Shown here piece after piece: positions 12,310-24,241 of a DNA stretch of 64,000 bases. Source of the stretch: Paraphysomonas bandaiensis (taxonomy: Eukaryota > Protista > Chrysophyceae); contig CBFFRP010000141.1 in assembly GCA_965644295.1 (NCBI GenBank), positions 62,001 through 126,000 of the forward strand, written 5' to 3'. The position numbers and the translations under genes were made by a program. Numbering within the stretch: the first letter of the stretch is position 1; the number at the start of each line of letters is the position of its first letter. The notes under the pieces were generated by a model. The model did no database searches and was not told where the DNA came from. It was given only the letters and a program-made list of their open reading frames with translations.

Positions 12310-13479
12310 TTAAGAAGACTTGGAAGCGAGGGTGCCAAGGAACTTGTTCTTCTCCTCCAGGGTCTGGAAGCGGCCGTGACCGTACTTCGAGGAGGTGTCG
12401 ATGAACTTGACGTTGAGTGGCTCCAGGTGGCTTCTCTTGGTAGCGGCGACAATGCTCTTCCTGAGAGTAATAGGTCTCTTGCGGGCACCGCCAACACATC
12501 CCTTGATCATAACCCAGTCCTCATTCACCTCACCGTAGTGGGGGAATCCTCCAACAGGGGTAATGGACTTCTCGGTCAAATCAATCTCAGTGGTACAGCT
12601 CTTCTGGTCTCCCTTCTTGCCGATGCGCAACACCCTCTTGTTGATCTCAGTACGGTGGTGGTAGCCCTTCTGACCGGCGCGTGCAACAGTGGTGCTGACA
12701 CGGGCAGGATGCCAAGACCCGATACATGCGACCTTACGGAGACCACGGTGAGTCTTACGAGGAAGACGGGTGACACCCCAACGGCTGACCACACCCTGAG
12801 TACCGTGTCCGCGGGTGGCGGAACAGATATCGAGAACTTCACCCTCGCTGAAGACGGTATCGACTGCGACCTCCTGCTCGAAGAGGTTCTTGGCAAAGTC
12901 AACCTTCTCGGCGACCTCCCCTCCGTTGAGCTGAATCTCAAGAAGGTTAGCGACCTTCTGGCGGAGCTTCAACTTGCGGATCTGGGTGTGGGCAAGAACG
13001 CGCACGACCTGGCAGTACTTCTTGATGCGCTCAAGCTCAAATTCGATATCCTGGGGCTTCTCAGCACACTTCTTAGCGTACTTGGTGAAAGCCTTTCTCT
13101 TGGAGCGATACCAGTTCTTGTAGAATCTGCGCTTGACCTCATCAGACAAGTGACCAGCCCACACAGTGGTGAGGGAACGAAGACCATTAGGGGTCTCAAC
13201 ATATCCGACAACACCGACAACAGTCATAGGAGGGGTCTCAAGGATGGTAACAGCCTCAACAGCGTCCTTCTTGTGAAGCTTAGAGCCAGGGCGCTCGATC
13301 TCACGGACAACGTGAGTCATACCGGCCTTGTATCCCATGAAGGCAGTCATGTGGACGGGAGCCTTGGAGTCAGTGTCCTTGGGGAAGGAGCGGATGCGAC
13401 CGCGATGGTGCTTAGTTCTCTTCTTGGGAAGATACTGCAGAGAACCGCATCTAGGATGTTCGAACTTACGGTGAGACAT
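12310..13479 (-). CDS. RPL3: 60S ribosomal protein L3 (uL3)
   Basis: [21 protein letters not shown] ... [17 protein letters not shown] ... [15 protein letters not shown]. Intronless CDS. Probable 5'-UTR intron at ~13569-13487. Confidence 0.98.
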   Translation of the reverse strand: MSHRKFEHPRCGSLQYLPKKRTKHHRGRIRSFPKDTDSKAPVHMTAFMGYKAGMTHVVREIERPGSKLHKKDAVEAVTILETPPMTVVGVVGYVETPNGLRSLTTVWAGHLSDEVKRRFYKNWYRSKRKAFTKYAKKCAEKPQDIEFELERIKKYCQVVRVLAHTQIRKLKLRQKVANLLEIQLNGGEVAEKVDFAKNLFEQEVAVDTVFSEGEVLDICSATRGHGTQGVVSRWGVTRLPRKTHRGLRKVACIGSWHPARVSTTVARAGQKGYHHRTEINKRVLRIGKKGDQKSCTTEIDLTEKSITPVGGFPHYGEVNEDWVMIKGCVGGARKRPITLRKSIVAATKRSHLEPLNVKFIDTSSKYGHGRFQTLEEKNKFLGTLASKSS

Positions 13480-13891
13480 TTTGTTTCTAGGGAGCAATCA
13501 AGTGGATAATTGCAATTAATAAGTGAGTCTCTCACAGCAGTGTTGATAGCAGTAATCGACTACACATACCCGCCCCACTCAAACTAGCGCGATCTTGAAA
13601 GGTCGTCATTTTTTTCAGGGCATATTATCTTCAGTTCCACCAGACAGTGAGGTCCAATCAAATGATAAGGAGGTGGTATGATTGGAGCTCTGCTATTATG
13701 AGAAAAGAGTGAGACCATCTATCTGCAGATTACATATAAGTTCAGTGGTACAGTCAGTGTGGAATGGTTTGGGTTTAGGGGGACGGCTAGTCTCAACTAT
13801 CCTTAATAAGTAGGACGCGTGTATTGACTCCTCTGTATTAAAACTAATAGTACATCCGCGGAGGAAAGAAATAACTACACAAGTAATACCA

Positions 13892-14614
13892 ATGCTTTCG
13901 AGCTCCATAAGAAAGTGTGGTTATTCTCTTGTAAATATAAGCCCTTCAGCTGCTTCTCATCTGGAAGAAACTATTCGCTCATGGCAATCCCATCAGCAGT
14001 ATCGATTCCCGCCACCGACGGGACTAGAATATGCTAAGTGGCCTTCACAGTACCAGCAATCATATCGAATACTTCTAGAAATTGCGAAATCACATTTTCA
14101 AGGAATACTGATGGAGCAGAAATCTCATCCAACGTTGTCTACATTGGTTGATCGTCTTGTGGGTGACAAGGTCAACTTTGATGCATCGTTTATGAACATT
14201 TTCAACTATAATTATGGCCACCTTGGATCTCATAGGGACCGGTGCTTGGTTACCTTGATATACCGCCAGTACACTGAGTCAAAGGCTGACCCTGGAGCGA
14301 AATCGCTTTGGTGCCAAGCTCCTCACTTAGAGGGTTCTCAAGAATGGCAGAACATTGACGATGCGCTACGTGGTCAGCGAAATAAGGCATGCTTGCTGAT
14401 TGGAGAGGAGTTGTCCATGCTGTCAAGTGGGCACCTTCCTGCCGCCATTCACTGTGTGATGAAAGAACCTGTAGGTCCGGATATGACAAGAACTGTATCA
14501 GTCTCTCCACCTCCTAGCACGGATTGTAATCTTCCTGCTAATAATAGACAATCAGTTGCTCTTATATTGAGTTCAGCTGAAATAAGTGCCATAATAGATG
14601 AAAGTTTTTCGTGA
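13892..14614 (+). CDS. 2OG-Fe(II) oxygenase-like (IPNS-like fold) protein; 5' end uncertain
   Basis: HxD (HRD followed by LVTL), distal His (AAIHCV), RxS (NRQSVAL) and LIGEEL, matching the DSBH core pattern. Confidence 0.65.
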   Translation: MLSSSIRKCGYSLVNISPSAASHLEETIRSWQSHQQYRFPPPTGLEYAKWPSQYQQSYRILLEIAKSHFQGILMEQKSHPTLSTLVDRLVGDKVNFDASFMNIFNYNYGHLGSHRDRCLVTLIYRQYTESKADPGAKSLWCQAPHLEGSQEWQNIDDALRGQRNKACLLIGEELSMLSSGHLPAAIHCVMKEPVGPDMTRTVSVSPPPSTDCNLPANNRQSVALILSSAEISAIIDESFS

Positions 14615-15584
14615 TACTATCTTTAGATTAATGCACACTTATCATGAGTGTTTAATAATTGATGTATATCTTTTTCGTCACAGAACTATATTGCAACATT
14701 GCAACCTACTGCTCTATTTATACTTATAAAGTACTAAACGCATTATGTATACATTTTTTGTATTTTATCATTAAGAATGAAAAATATTGGCATTAATGTA
14801 GAAATAAAAAAGTAAAATTTAATTCCTGTAATCAATGGATAACTGTATCACAAGGTAATTTAATATTTATCTGTGTTTAGACTATACATGCGTCGATATC
14901 ACAATAAGTACTATTACAGCGGCATCAAAACATAGTATTGGCAGTCGAACCTGGTCCACAATGTCTCACTAGTAGCGCGATGTATGCTTCGTTTAACTTA
15001 AAGGAAGATATTTTCCCCATTACTAGGGCATGCCCTAGTAAAGTGCTAGTGTTGATTAAGCTAAGTAATGTATAGATCGTTAATAAAATTCGTGTCGCCG
15101 CCAAGAAAGCTCTAGCTATCTACACTATACTTGCATAGTGTATATGAGATTACAAGAAATCCCGCGCATTCTAGGGTAGAAGGGGGCCCAGCCATTGTCA
15201 CGTTAGGCCTATACTGAGTCATGCATGGTCACGAGAAGCTCCGCGTAATCATTGTTAGGTAATGGGAATGTAAACATGGTTCTACTAAAATCTGTGCGAA
15301 TTACATATAGAACACTATGGTCACGCCCTCGGAATGGGGCAATATTAAAAATGTAATCTCTGGTTTAAACATTGAATGTCACTTTATTGCCCACTCATAA
15401 CAGAATGAAGACAAGAAGAACATAAAGAATCTCGCCCTTTCTACGCAAAAGGGATAATGCACATGTATCACACTTTGGGACATATGTGCAGCTGTGACTA
15501 TTGACTCTCACAATCTTGATCGGCCGGTGTACGTCACGCTCAACATCTCCAGATCAGTCCAATTCTTTAACCATGCTAACAGTT

Positions 15585-18022
15585 CTAGTGGCGGAAAAAA
15601 CTGTACCCAGTGGAAAAAACTGTACCCAGTTTTTTTCAGTTTATTTCCCATTCCAGACACCATATCACACACAGTTTCATAGTTTAAGATCCCCTGCATA
15701 TGTCAATCATGTGCTCAAACAATGAGACATATCACGTAAACACACTGGGTTACCAATAGAACATGAAATTCTGGAGGTGTGGAGTCTAACTTCCACAACT
15801 TTTGGTGGAAATTTGATTGTAAGATTGCAATTGTTATTCTGCATCAAAATTCACAGTTTATGGAGAGCTCCTGAACTCACTGTGAGGTATATAGCAGAGA
15901 CCAGTTGCTGAAAACAATGTTGTGATAGAAAAGATGAGATTGTGAATACTGATTCTGGATTCATTGATAAACGGTCAAGAAATATGCACAGGCCATTATA
16001 GGAGGATCTGTCCCTAATTGCATCTTCCTTGTTGCACTTAATGGTCCCATATGCCTTCCAATTCAAGGAATCGTGATCATTCTTAATGTTTGAGTGATAT
16101 GAAATCTTCATACTGAGTTTCGTCTTTTATTTTGTTGGAATTAAGTTCTTTCAAAGCTCTTTGCTGTATGGGTATCCATGGTCCCAAACCCCTACAACCG
16201 CGGGTGTAGTTGTCCTATTTTGCAGTAAATTTCACCCCAATGACTGTTTATGATACTGTTATAATGGTTTGATTAATATAAGTATGCTTTGATGAATATT
16301 AAGGTCATATTGGATGAGTTGATACTTTGCAGATGCAATATAATACGCACGTATGTCTCTTGTGGCGCAATGTCGTATGATATGATATCAACCCTACCCA
16401 ATCAAATTGGATGTTTGTAATGAGTTATTATAACTAATTTACCTTCTTGTTCTTACCATTATATTCTATACGAAAATGAGTTAACTAGTCACTTGTTATA
16501 AGCAGATAAATAACGCCACAAGAGTGTCACTACAAGCTATTATTGCAAAACATGTCACATGTGAGCAACAATAACATCTCATGAGATACAAATACAAACA
16601 GAATATGTCACTATAGTATATGTTAGAGGAAATACTGAACAGAAACCCAACTTTATGTGTGGAGGATTATGACAAATTCAGTTTGTATTTGTATCTCATG
16701 AGATGTTATTGTTGCTCACATGTGACATGTTTTGCAATAATAGCTTGTAGTGACACTCTTGTGGCGTTATTTATCTGCTTATAACAAGTGACTAGTTAAC
16801 TCATTTTCGTATAGAATATAATGGTAAGAACAAGAAGGTTGTTTTAAAACCACTAATATCGACTAAACGGTCAGGATAACAACAATATATATAGGTTGTG
16901 GGTGAGGTTAGCAGAGATGATATGTAACGGTGTAGTGATAGTAGAAGTCATTGGTATCGTAAATTACAGAAGCTTATTGCAATATTATGAAGGCACACTA
17001 TCTAAGGATCAATAATAAAGGGGTTACGTATTCTACAAGTCGCTACGACTGTTGTCTGCCATTTTTATACAGTCGTAACTCGCATAAGTATCTCTATAAA
17101 CTCGCATAAGTTATCTACATATAATCGCAATTCCAGACCAACAATGAAGGACATTATAACCTGAAAAAGAAAATAAAGTAAATTAGTTATAATAACTCAT
17201 TACAAACATCCAATTTGATTGGGTAGGGTTGATATCATATCATACGACATTGCGCCACAAGAGACATACGTGCGTATTATATTGCATCTGCAAAGTATCA
17301 ACTCATCCAATATGACCTTAATATTCATCAAAGCATACTTATATTAATCAAACCATTATAACAGTATCATAAACAGTCATTGGGGTGAAATTTACTGCAA
17401 AATAGGACAACTACACCCGCGGTTGTAGGGGTTTGGGACCATGGATACCCATACAGCAAAGAGCTTTGAAAGAACTTAATTCCAACAAAATAAAAGACGA
17501 AACTCAGTATGAAGATTTCATATCACTCAAACATTAAGAATGATCACGATTCCTTGAATTGGAAGGCATATGGGACCATTAAGTGCAACAAGGAAGATGC
17601 AATTAGGGACAGATCCTCCTATAATGGCCTGTGCATATTTCTTGACCGTTTATCAATGAATCCAGAATCAGTATTCACAATCTCATCTTTTCTATCACAA
17701 CATTGTTTTCAGCAACTGGTCTCTGCTATATACCTCACAGTGAGTTCAGGAGCTCTCCATAAACTGTGAATTTTGATGCAGAATAACAATTGCAATCTTA
17801 CAATCAAATTTCCACCAAAAGTTGTGGAAGTTAGACTCCACACCTCCAGAATTTCATGTTCTATTGGTAACCCAGTGTGTTTACGTGATATGTCTCATTG
17901 TTTGAGCACATGATTGATCTTAAACTATGAAACTGTGTGTATATATATGTCTGGAATGGGAAATAAACTGAAAAAAACTGGGTACAGTTTTTTCCACTGG
18001 GTACAGTTTTTTCCGCCACTAG
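15585..18022. mobile_element. Foldback-like giant palindromic element
   Basis: 15585-16442 is the inverted copy of 17178-18022, and 16441-16599 is the inverted copy of 16681-16839. Termini CTAGTGGCGG...CCGCCACTAG are flanked by AGTT (15581-15584, 18023-18026). An identical 86-aa ORF appears on both strands. Confidence 0.85.
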
Positions 18023-18385
18023 AGTTGATACGTTGATACAGTGAGCACGAGGTGGACTGCAGAGTGCAAAAACCGGGACTTTCAGTGGAGTAAAACCCCT
18101 TTTTTGTGGTGCAATCACTTGCAAAAAGAATCACTCACAAAAAAGTAGAGTTCAGTTTCTCATCGCTCACAGCTGCGCTGCTGGATTGTATCCCATCGTT
18201 ACGAGGCGAATACATTGACTTCATCCACACTGGAGCTTGACGTGTGTATGAGGGAATATTAACAGCAAGCATTCAGCACCTCATCATTGCAACAGTCGTG
18301 TAGGTGGTCTGTAGTTATTTTTACTATGATGCTATTATCTGTGTATTGATTATTAGAGTGAGCCCACATCGAGTTAGTTAATTCC

Positions 18386-20535
18386 ATGGCATCAGAATTC
18401 GAACTGTACTGTGATGAGCTGCTAGCGAAGAGTGATCATATGGATCAAACCACTGAAGAGACCGCATGTCCGGCTACTGGACCTTCTAATGATGTACAGG
18501 CCGAAGTAGAAGAAGAAGTGAGAGTGTGCGATAATGTGAAGTCTGACTTCGACGGGAAAATTATTGAGACAAACGGGACAACGAATAAAGAGCAGATATC
18601 AGCCCGTAAAAAACATAAAGAGAGATACATACGCGACATTGAGACTCATAAAAGGCGTATGGAAGCATCTAAAGTCAAGAATAAACCACCCGCTCCCTAT
18701 CAACGCAATAAGAGACTGAATAAGAGTCCTAGTGGTGATGTTCAGAGACAGGAGAGTGTGTGCGATGGGGAAGATGGTGAGCTCATGCGCTTAGAGAGAG
18801 CTGCGTATGAACTGAATCGTGTGCTGGAGAGTAACATCAATAAGCTGATGGAGTATGAGGACGCCTGTCAGTGTGATGAGGACTCACAACATAATCGCGA
18901 CACAGGTTCAGAGTTGGTGAGCTATAGCATGGATCCTCTATGTGGGAAGCCTCGTATTACACGACTGGATATGGAGACAGGGAAGGAGATACTTGGAGAC
19001 CTGGAGAACGAGATACAGTCCACGATATCCTCTGCACTTCAAGTATGCTCACAGTCATTGCGCAAGGCTAGAGTGACGAACGTGAATAAAAGTAGAGTAA
19101 GTGCAGAGAGTCAGGACTACAGTAGACGTAGGGGTGCTGATAGTCTTCACGGACATCACCATTCCACATTAATTAACCCACCAGAATATCACTCCAGTCA
19201 AGGTGCTGTCCGCAATACATCTGAGCAGCTCCTACAACACAGCTGTCAGTGGCCCCACTCCACATCCGCTACTTCTTGCAGAGCGTGCTGTATGGGTGCG
19301 GACAAGGGCGACCAGGAGGAACATAGTCAATACATGTACACTCTGGAGGTGCAGGAGGAGGTCGAAGACGGCACTGATGGAAGCGAAGCGCTCTCTCAGC
19401 CGCAATCACTCTGGCACACCAACAAGAAGGACGCAGAGATCGTTAAACACCATGTTATGTCGTCGCCCTTACCTTCGGTGCCACCAGGTGAGAATAATAT
19501 AATGAGGTATGGCTAGTTTGACGAAAACACAGGGCTGGATGAGCGACAATTGGCGAAAGTGGCCAAGGAGCGAGCTGTAAGACTGGGGACTTACGACCCC
19601 AGTACTGGTTTATTTGGCTTCGATTCGGTACAACACAGGTGGGATAATATATCATATGCGCTCTGCTCTTTTCATACTGGTAATCAGGGAAGAGGTGAAT
19701 GAGTTCTACAAACAGAAGCAGATCCTTAAGAAGAAACAAGAAGATGAGAATCTACGCGAGATTCGTTACAGGAATGAAATTGGTTAGTAGTTTATATAGC
19801 GTTCTTCGTGTCACATGATTTTCTTTTCTAGCTAAGAAGAATGCGGAGCGCGAGAAACAGCGTATGCGTGAGGATCTTTTACTACGTATGGAAAATAGAG
19901 AGGAAAAACGTGTAATAACAAAAGGAAAAGGTACGAGAGGCCGTCGTCCTGGTGGGAGAGGAGGAACGAGGATACAGAAGGGCAAAGCAGCAAATAGTAG
20001 ACCATGGGAGGAGTTTGTAAGGGGTATGACTCAGGCTAGGGGTGGCCGAAGTCGACCAGTAGTGGGCGGCAGTGCAGCACATAGAGATATAGAAAAGCAT
20101 GTGGATTTTGTTAATAGAAATTGGGAGGAGAGTCACAGAATGATGTCTGATGGGCGCGAAGCACAATCAGGTCACAATAACGTTGAGCCGGTTGAATCCC
20201 CAGCACTACCTGAGACACTTCCTGTTGTTGAGAATCAAAACAGCGGTAAACTAGAGAACGAAGCGCATGTTCTGTCAGAGACTGCGGCTGCTCTTGCGAA
20301 AGCTACCGCAGCTCTGAACTCATTAAAGGATGATAAACTACATGGTGCTGCAATTTTGGAGAGTACTGGTGCTACATTGGAGGAACGTAAATATTCACCG
20401 TGTCCACCTCCAAGCAAGCCAAGTGCTCCCCCGCCTTCGTATTCTCAATCGTTTCGTAGTTATGGAAAAAATCACGATCATTCTGATGCTGCTAGCGCAG
20501 CCTGTTCTGAGAAAGACGCAGCGGGGACTTCATAA
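18386..20535 (+). CDS. Hypothetical hydrophilic/coiled-coil protein, multi-exon
   Basis: Long ORFs 18386..19516 and 19864..20535 joined by a charged coding-like segment with GT-AG sites. No recognisable domain. Confidence 0.65.
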
Positions 20536-21015
20536 TTGATTTATGTTCATACACACAATATGTTCATATAGTGATATTATGGCGAAATTGTACACACGTA
20601 CGAGTGTTTTTGTTTGATATTGTTGTCTGTAAGCTGTTTCGCCGCATTTTAAAATAGTCCGTTAATTTAGCACATTCATTCTTACAGTAAAGTGTAGATA
20701 TGCACAAAATAGGCTACTTGAAGCGTGTTACTTCGTTTTATCCACACTCTATCATTCGACAATATGCTGATATTTCATATCGGAAACATTCGCAATATTG
20801 TGAACGAACACAAATTCGACCTGCTACCTGGTGTTGGTGGTGTTGTATAAATAACGTGATGGCACTGCATTTTAACAAGTATCATAAGATGTGTTAGAAT
20901 TTTCTTACACTAGAGGTAACTTTTCTTAATTCTATATCTGATATAGTCATACATCTGTAGCTGAATTCACCCGATACAAATATGACCTTGATTTTACTTA
21001 TTGCACATATTATTA

Positions 21016-22085
21016 CCCTAAACAAAGTCGGACTCGCACCATTTCGTGGTGTTTTGGGGGATATGTGGTACCGGAGATATTTCTCCGGGAAACTAACGTG
21101 AGCCGCATATATAATAGTCAGTGGCAACTAAGACGTATACCAAGACGCACATTAACTGGTTTCGCTCCCACCCCGAGAGGCGCACCACAGATGAGGCTGA
21201 ATGGACATATGACGAAAAAGGAATTTACTTAACAGTCTCTGTGAAATCGATGTTGCCCAAGCCATGGAATGCATTCTCACGTCCGGAATATGGCACTGGC
21301 GTCTTCCTGAAACACACCGGCCGTACGCCACACATCTCATGATCATTGGTTTTTTCAAACCCTTCGAAATCAATGGATGCTCGAGAATCGCGACCAACTC
21401 TACGTTCATAATCCTGATCGCGCACCTAGTTACTGGAAAGAGAGTGATGCCTTGCTCTCGCATAAACCGGCTCTGGCAGATTGCTGCAGTCGTCATTACG
21501 TTACCACACCCAAGGGGCCACATAGACTCCCCCCCTAGAACACTTCAGAAACTTAGCAACACACGATTGAGACGTAGCGACACACGACATAAACCGCAGG
21601 TCCTTCGCTTACTGGATGTAACTACTAAGATGAGACTTAACCCACCCCTCACGTCCACCTCTTTCACAATCCCTGCACACAAGTGGAAACGTCACGGGGC
21701 AGCCTCTGCCAGCTACTTCTTTCCCAGGCCCAACTTGCGGCCCGCGCCATCTCCATACACGCTGGAACCCCAACCCACCCCTAGCCCATCATGTATCTCA
21801 GGCTAGGAACACTCGACTCACTAATTCAGAATCCTGTGCATCCCCAAAGCCCTGCAGAGCCCTACCCCAAGGGTCTCTCCCCTGACTAAACCCATATACA
21901 CTTCACAACTCCTGTCCATAGAGATCTTCTCAGTCACATGATACAAGCAGCTTTCTTAGCGTTACATAGTAGGATATGTGAGTTGGTACTAGTTAGTTAC
22001 AGGTAGAAGATTATCTATCTTGACAAGTTTTTATCTAGCTACTTATCTTGTGCAGATTCTTGACGCCTATATATGAGACTTTTAA
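21016..22085 (+). mobile_element. Internally deleted LINE copy: structured 5' head, RNase H C-terminal remnant, ORF end and 3' tail
   Basis: Head 21016-21118 is shared with 26333. Peptide HINWFRSHPERR...EWTYDEKGIYLT is RNase H-like and homologous to the reverse strand of ~28915-28960. ORF end PKGLSPD*. Tail ACAAGCAG...TAGCGTTACATAGTAGGATA. Confidence 0.75.
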
Positions 22086-22089
22086 ACTA

Positions 22090-22511
22090 TGTACCGGAGA
22101 TATATCTTCGAGAAACTAACGTGTGTCGCATATATAATCAGCAGATAATTTTCTGCCCACTCATAGCCAAATGCTTGTGTAGACGTCTCTGGGACCAGAC
22201 GAATAAACAGGCATCCTTCAAGGGTAACCGGGGTATTGGGCTGCCTGCTGAGCGAAGTCAGGCATGAGGGCTGTTCACCTTATGGACTCAAAAATCCTGA
22301 AGTCAGCAGATGTCAGGTATATCAGCTATCAACATCTCAACATTCTGCTTGCTCACTGCGTTTGCTTTGAGTGATAGAGCGAAAGTGGAAGTACTTTGGT
22401 GCATGCGGTGACGCACAAGCAGCGTTCGTAGCGTTATATAATAGGTTATCAGAGTTAATCACTAACTCTTAAGCGCCTATTTCCTATTCCCGATAGTTAC
22501 ACATTCACTAC
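22090..22511 (+). mobile_element. Short non-coding (SINE/SIDE-like) derivative of the same family, 5'-truncated
   Basis: Partial head GTACCGGAGATA..CTAACGTG. Middle shared with 26445-26600 (CTTGTGTAGAC, GACGAATAAACAGGCATCC). Stem-loop at 22400-22421. End TTACACATTCACTAC. Confidence 0.75.
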
Positions 22512-22805
22512 CTATCTGTGCTGTGCAACAATTAATAAACATATGTATTAACTTATCTTTCATCAGCCAACCTCACGGCAATATAAATATACGTTCGAAA
22601 ACAAACGTACTCTTTCGTAAACATGAACATATTTATACTCCACATTAACTCCAAATATACTCCAAATATACTCCACTTACAACATTACTGTGTGGTTACG
22701 ACTCTACAGTTACGACATACACGGAATACTTATATACATTCAATGACAAGAAGTGCATTGATCTGCATACCGTACATATAGCAACGTTGTCATATACTAA
22801 AAAGG

Positions 22806-23777
22806 TTATTGTGCTTTTAATTTCCCGCTCTTTAAGTTTCTGAATTCGTTCACCGGAACCGAGGCACTATGAACTGCAGATCCGATCGAGCAATTCACTT
22901 CTCTTGCCTGATTGAATGCCTCTTTGGCCCTTTCGTTTTCAGGCGCAGTCTGACTAACATCCACATTGTAATTTGTGTTCATCAAGTGATCCCAGAGTGG
23001 GGAGGAACCATAATTCCAATTAAACTTACTGTGATGTATATAGTGATTATGGGACGCCTCTAAAGCCCAAGACCCATATCCGCAATGTCCTTCTAATGGA
23101 AAGATGATTTGCCCCACGAATGTAAGCCTTACGAGCCACATTGGGCATCCTGATAGACCCAGTAAAAAGCCGGATGAGAAGTATATAGCGCTCTCCAGCC
23201 AGTGCATCGAAAGTCCAGAAAATGGATCCGGGTTAAAAGACTCGTGGTGATACTTATGTACAGACTTATACAGCCATTTGGTATGCAGAAGGCGGTGTGT
23301 CCAGTAAAAGTGAAAGTCAGACCACAAATACAGTAGCAAAGCACTTACGACCATGTTGCGTAATGAAAGCTCTGATGTGCAACTCACTGGTATCCAGTCA
23401 GGAATATTCCATTGGTAGTATCCTTTCGATACAAGCCAGTACATATATATTTCAAAGCAACAACATATTCCCACACCTCGAGCAGACCTGAAGAACTCGA
23501 TGAGAGTTAACTGCAGAGGGGGAGAGGCCGGGTTAAACTTAACAGATTCGAAGAGTCGTTTCTGCGGCTCAATATACAGTATAATATAAGCGAAGGAATA
23601 CAACAACAGCCACAGCGAATAATTCTCCCAACAGATACTCTCAAAAGATAACGACTCGCAGTTATAAAAAAACTCAAACAGAGGCACTCTTCTGTCGAAC
23701 ACTGGAACACCCGACGACCTGAAGAAAAAACCCACCGCAAACAAACAAAGCAAAAGCGGCAGCGAAACAATGGCCAT
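22806..23777 (-). CDS. Fatty acid hydroxylase superfamily / sterol C5-desaturase-like protein
   Basis: His boxes HRLLH, HKYHH and HYIHH, plus NYG and WDHLMNT. Hydrophobic segments. Confidence 0.88.
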   Translation of the reverse strand: MAIVSLPLLLCLFAVGFFFRSSGVPVFDRRVPLFEFFYNCESLSFESICWENYSLWLLLYSFAYIILYIEPQKRLFESVKFNPASPPLQLTLIEFFRSARGVGICCCFEIYMYWLVSKGYYQWNIPDWIPVSCTSELSLRNMVVSALLLYLWSDFHFYWTHRLLHTKWLYKSVHKYHHESFNPDPFSGLSMHWLESAIYFSSGFLLGLSGCPMWLVRLTFVGQIIFPLEGHCGYGSWALEASHNHYIHHSKFNWNYGSSPLWDHLMNTNYNVDVSQTAPENERAKEAFNQAREVNCSIGSAVHSASVPVNEFRNLKSGKLKAQ

Positions 23778-23848
23778 TGTGCAAACTTGCTTCAGTTCCT
23801 CCTATGAAAATGTACCACCTCAAACACAACAACAACAACAAGATATGG

Positions 23849-24168
23849 ATACATACATACATACATACATACATACATACATACATACATACATACATAC
23901 ATACATACATACATACATACATACATACATACATACATACATACATACATACATACATACATACATACATACATACATACATACATACATACATACATAC
24001 ATACATACATACATACATACATACATACATACATACATACATACATACATACATACATACATACATACATACATACATACATACATACATACATACATAC
24101 ATACATACATACATACATACATACATACATACATACATACATACATACATACATACATACATACATAC
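23849..24168. repeat. (ATAC)n microsatellite, ~80 units, in a bidirectional promoter
   Basis: Pure ATAC array between divergent start codons at 23777 (-) and ~24242 (+). Confidence 0.98.
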
Positions 24169-24241
24169 ACTCGTTAATATTTCGGATTGATCTTAGTGTA
24201 CGGTGGTCTGTTGTGTCCATAAGGCTGCCGAGAAATATGAT

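Noticed and set aside
12268-13509. 413-aa antisense ORF over RPL3
   Set aside because: It mirrors a strongly codon-biased gene, a common cause of open antisense frames, and has no recognisable motifs.
15851-16111. Duplicated 86-aa ORF (also 17509..17769) as a gene pair
   Set aside because: It is a by-product of the palindrome arms and has no recognisable motif.
21016-22511. Ngaro/DIRS split-direct-repeat (A-B-A-B) interpretation
   Set aside because: No tyrosine recombinase was seen, and relatives show 5' truncation, variable TSDs and a CCHC knuckle typical of non-LTR elements. Two tandem copies is the simpler reading, though the alternative is not fully excluded.
23674-24220. MYVC/YIHT-repeat ORFs here and at 32069-32564 and 40419-41057
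   Set aside because: They are translations of the stop-free (ATAC)n microsatellite.
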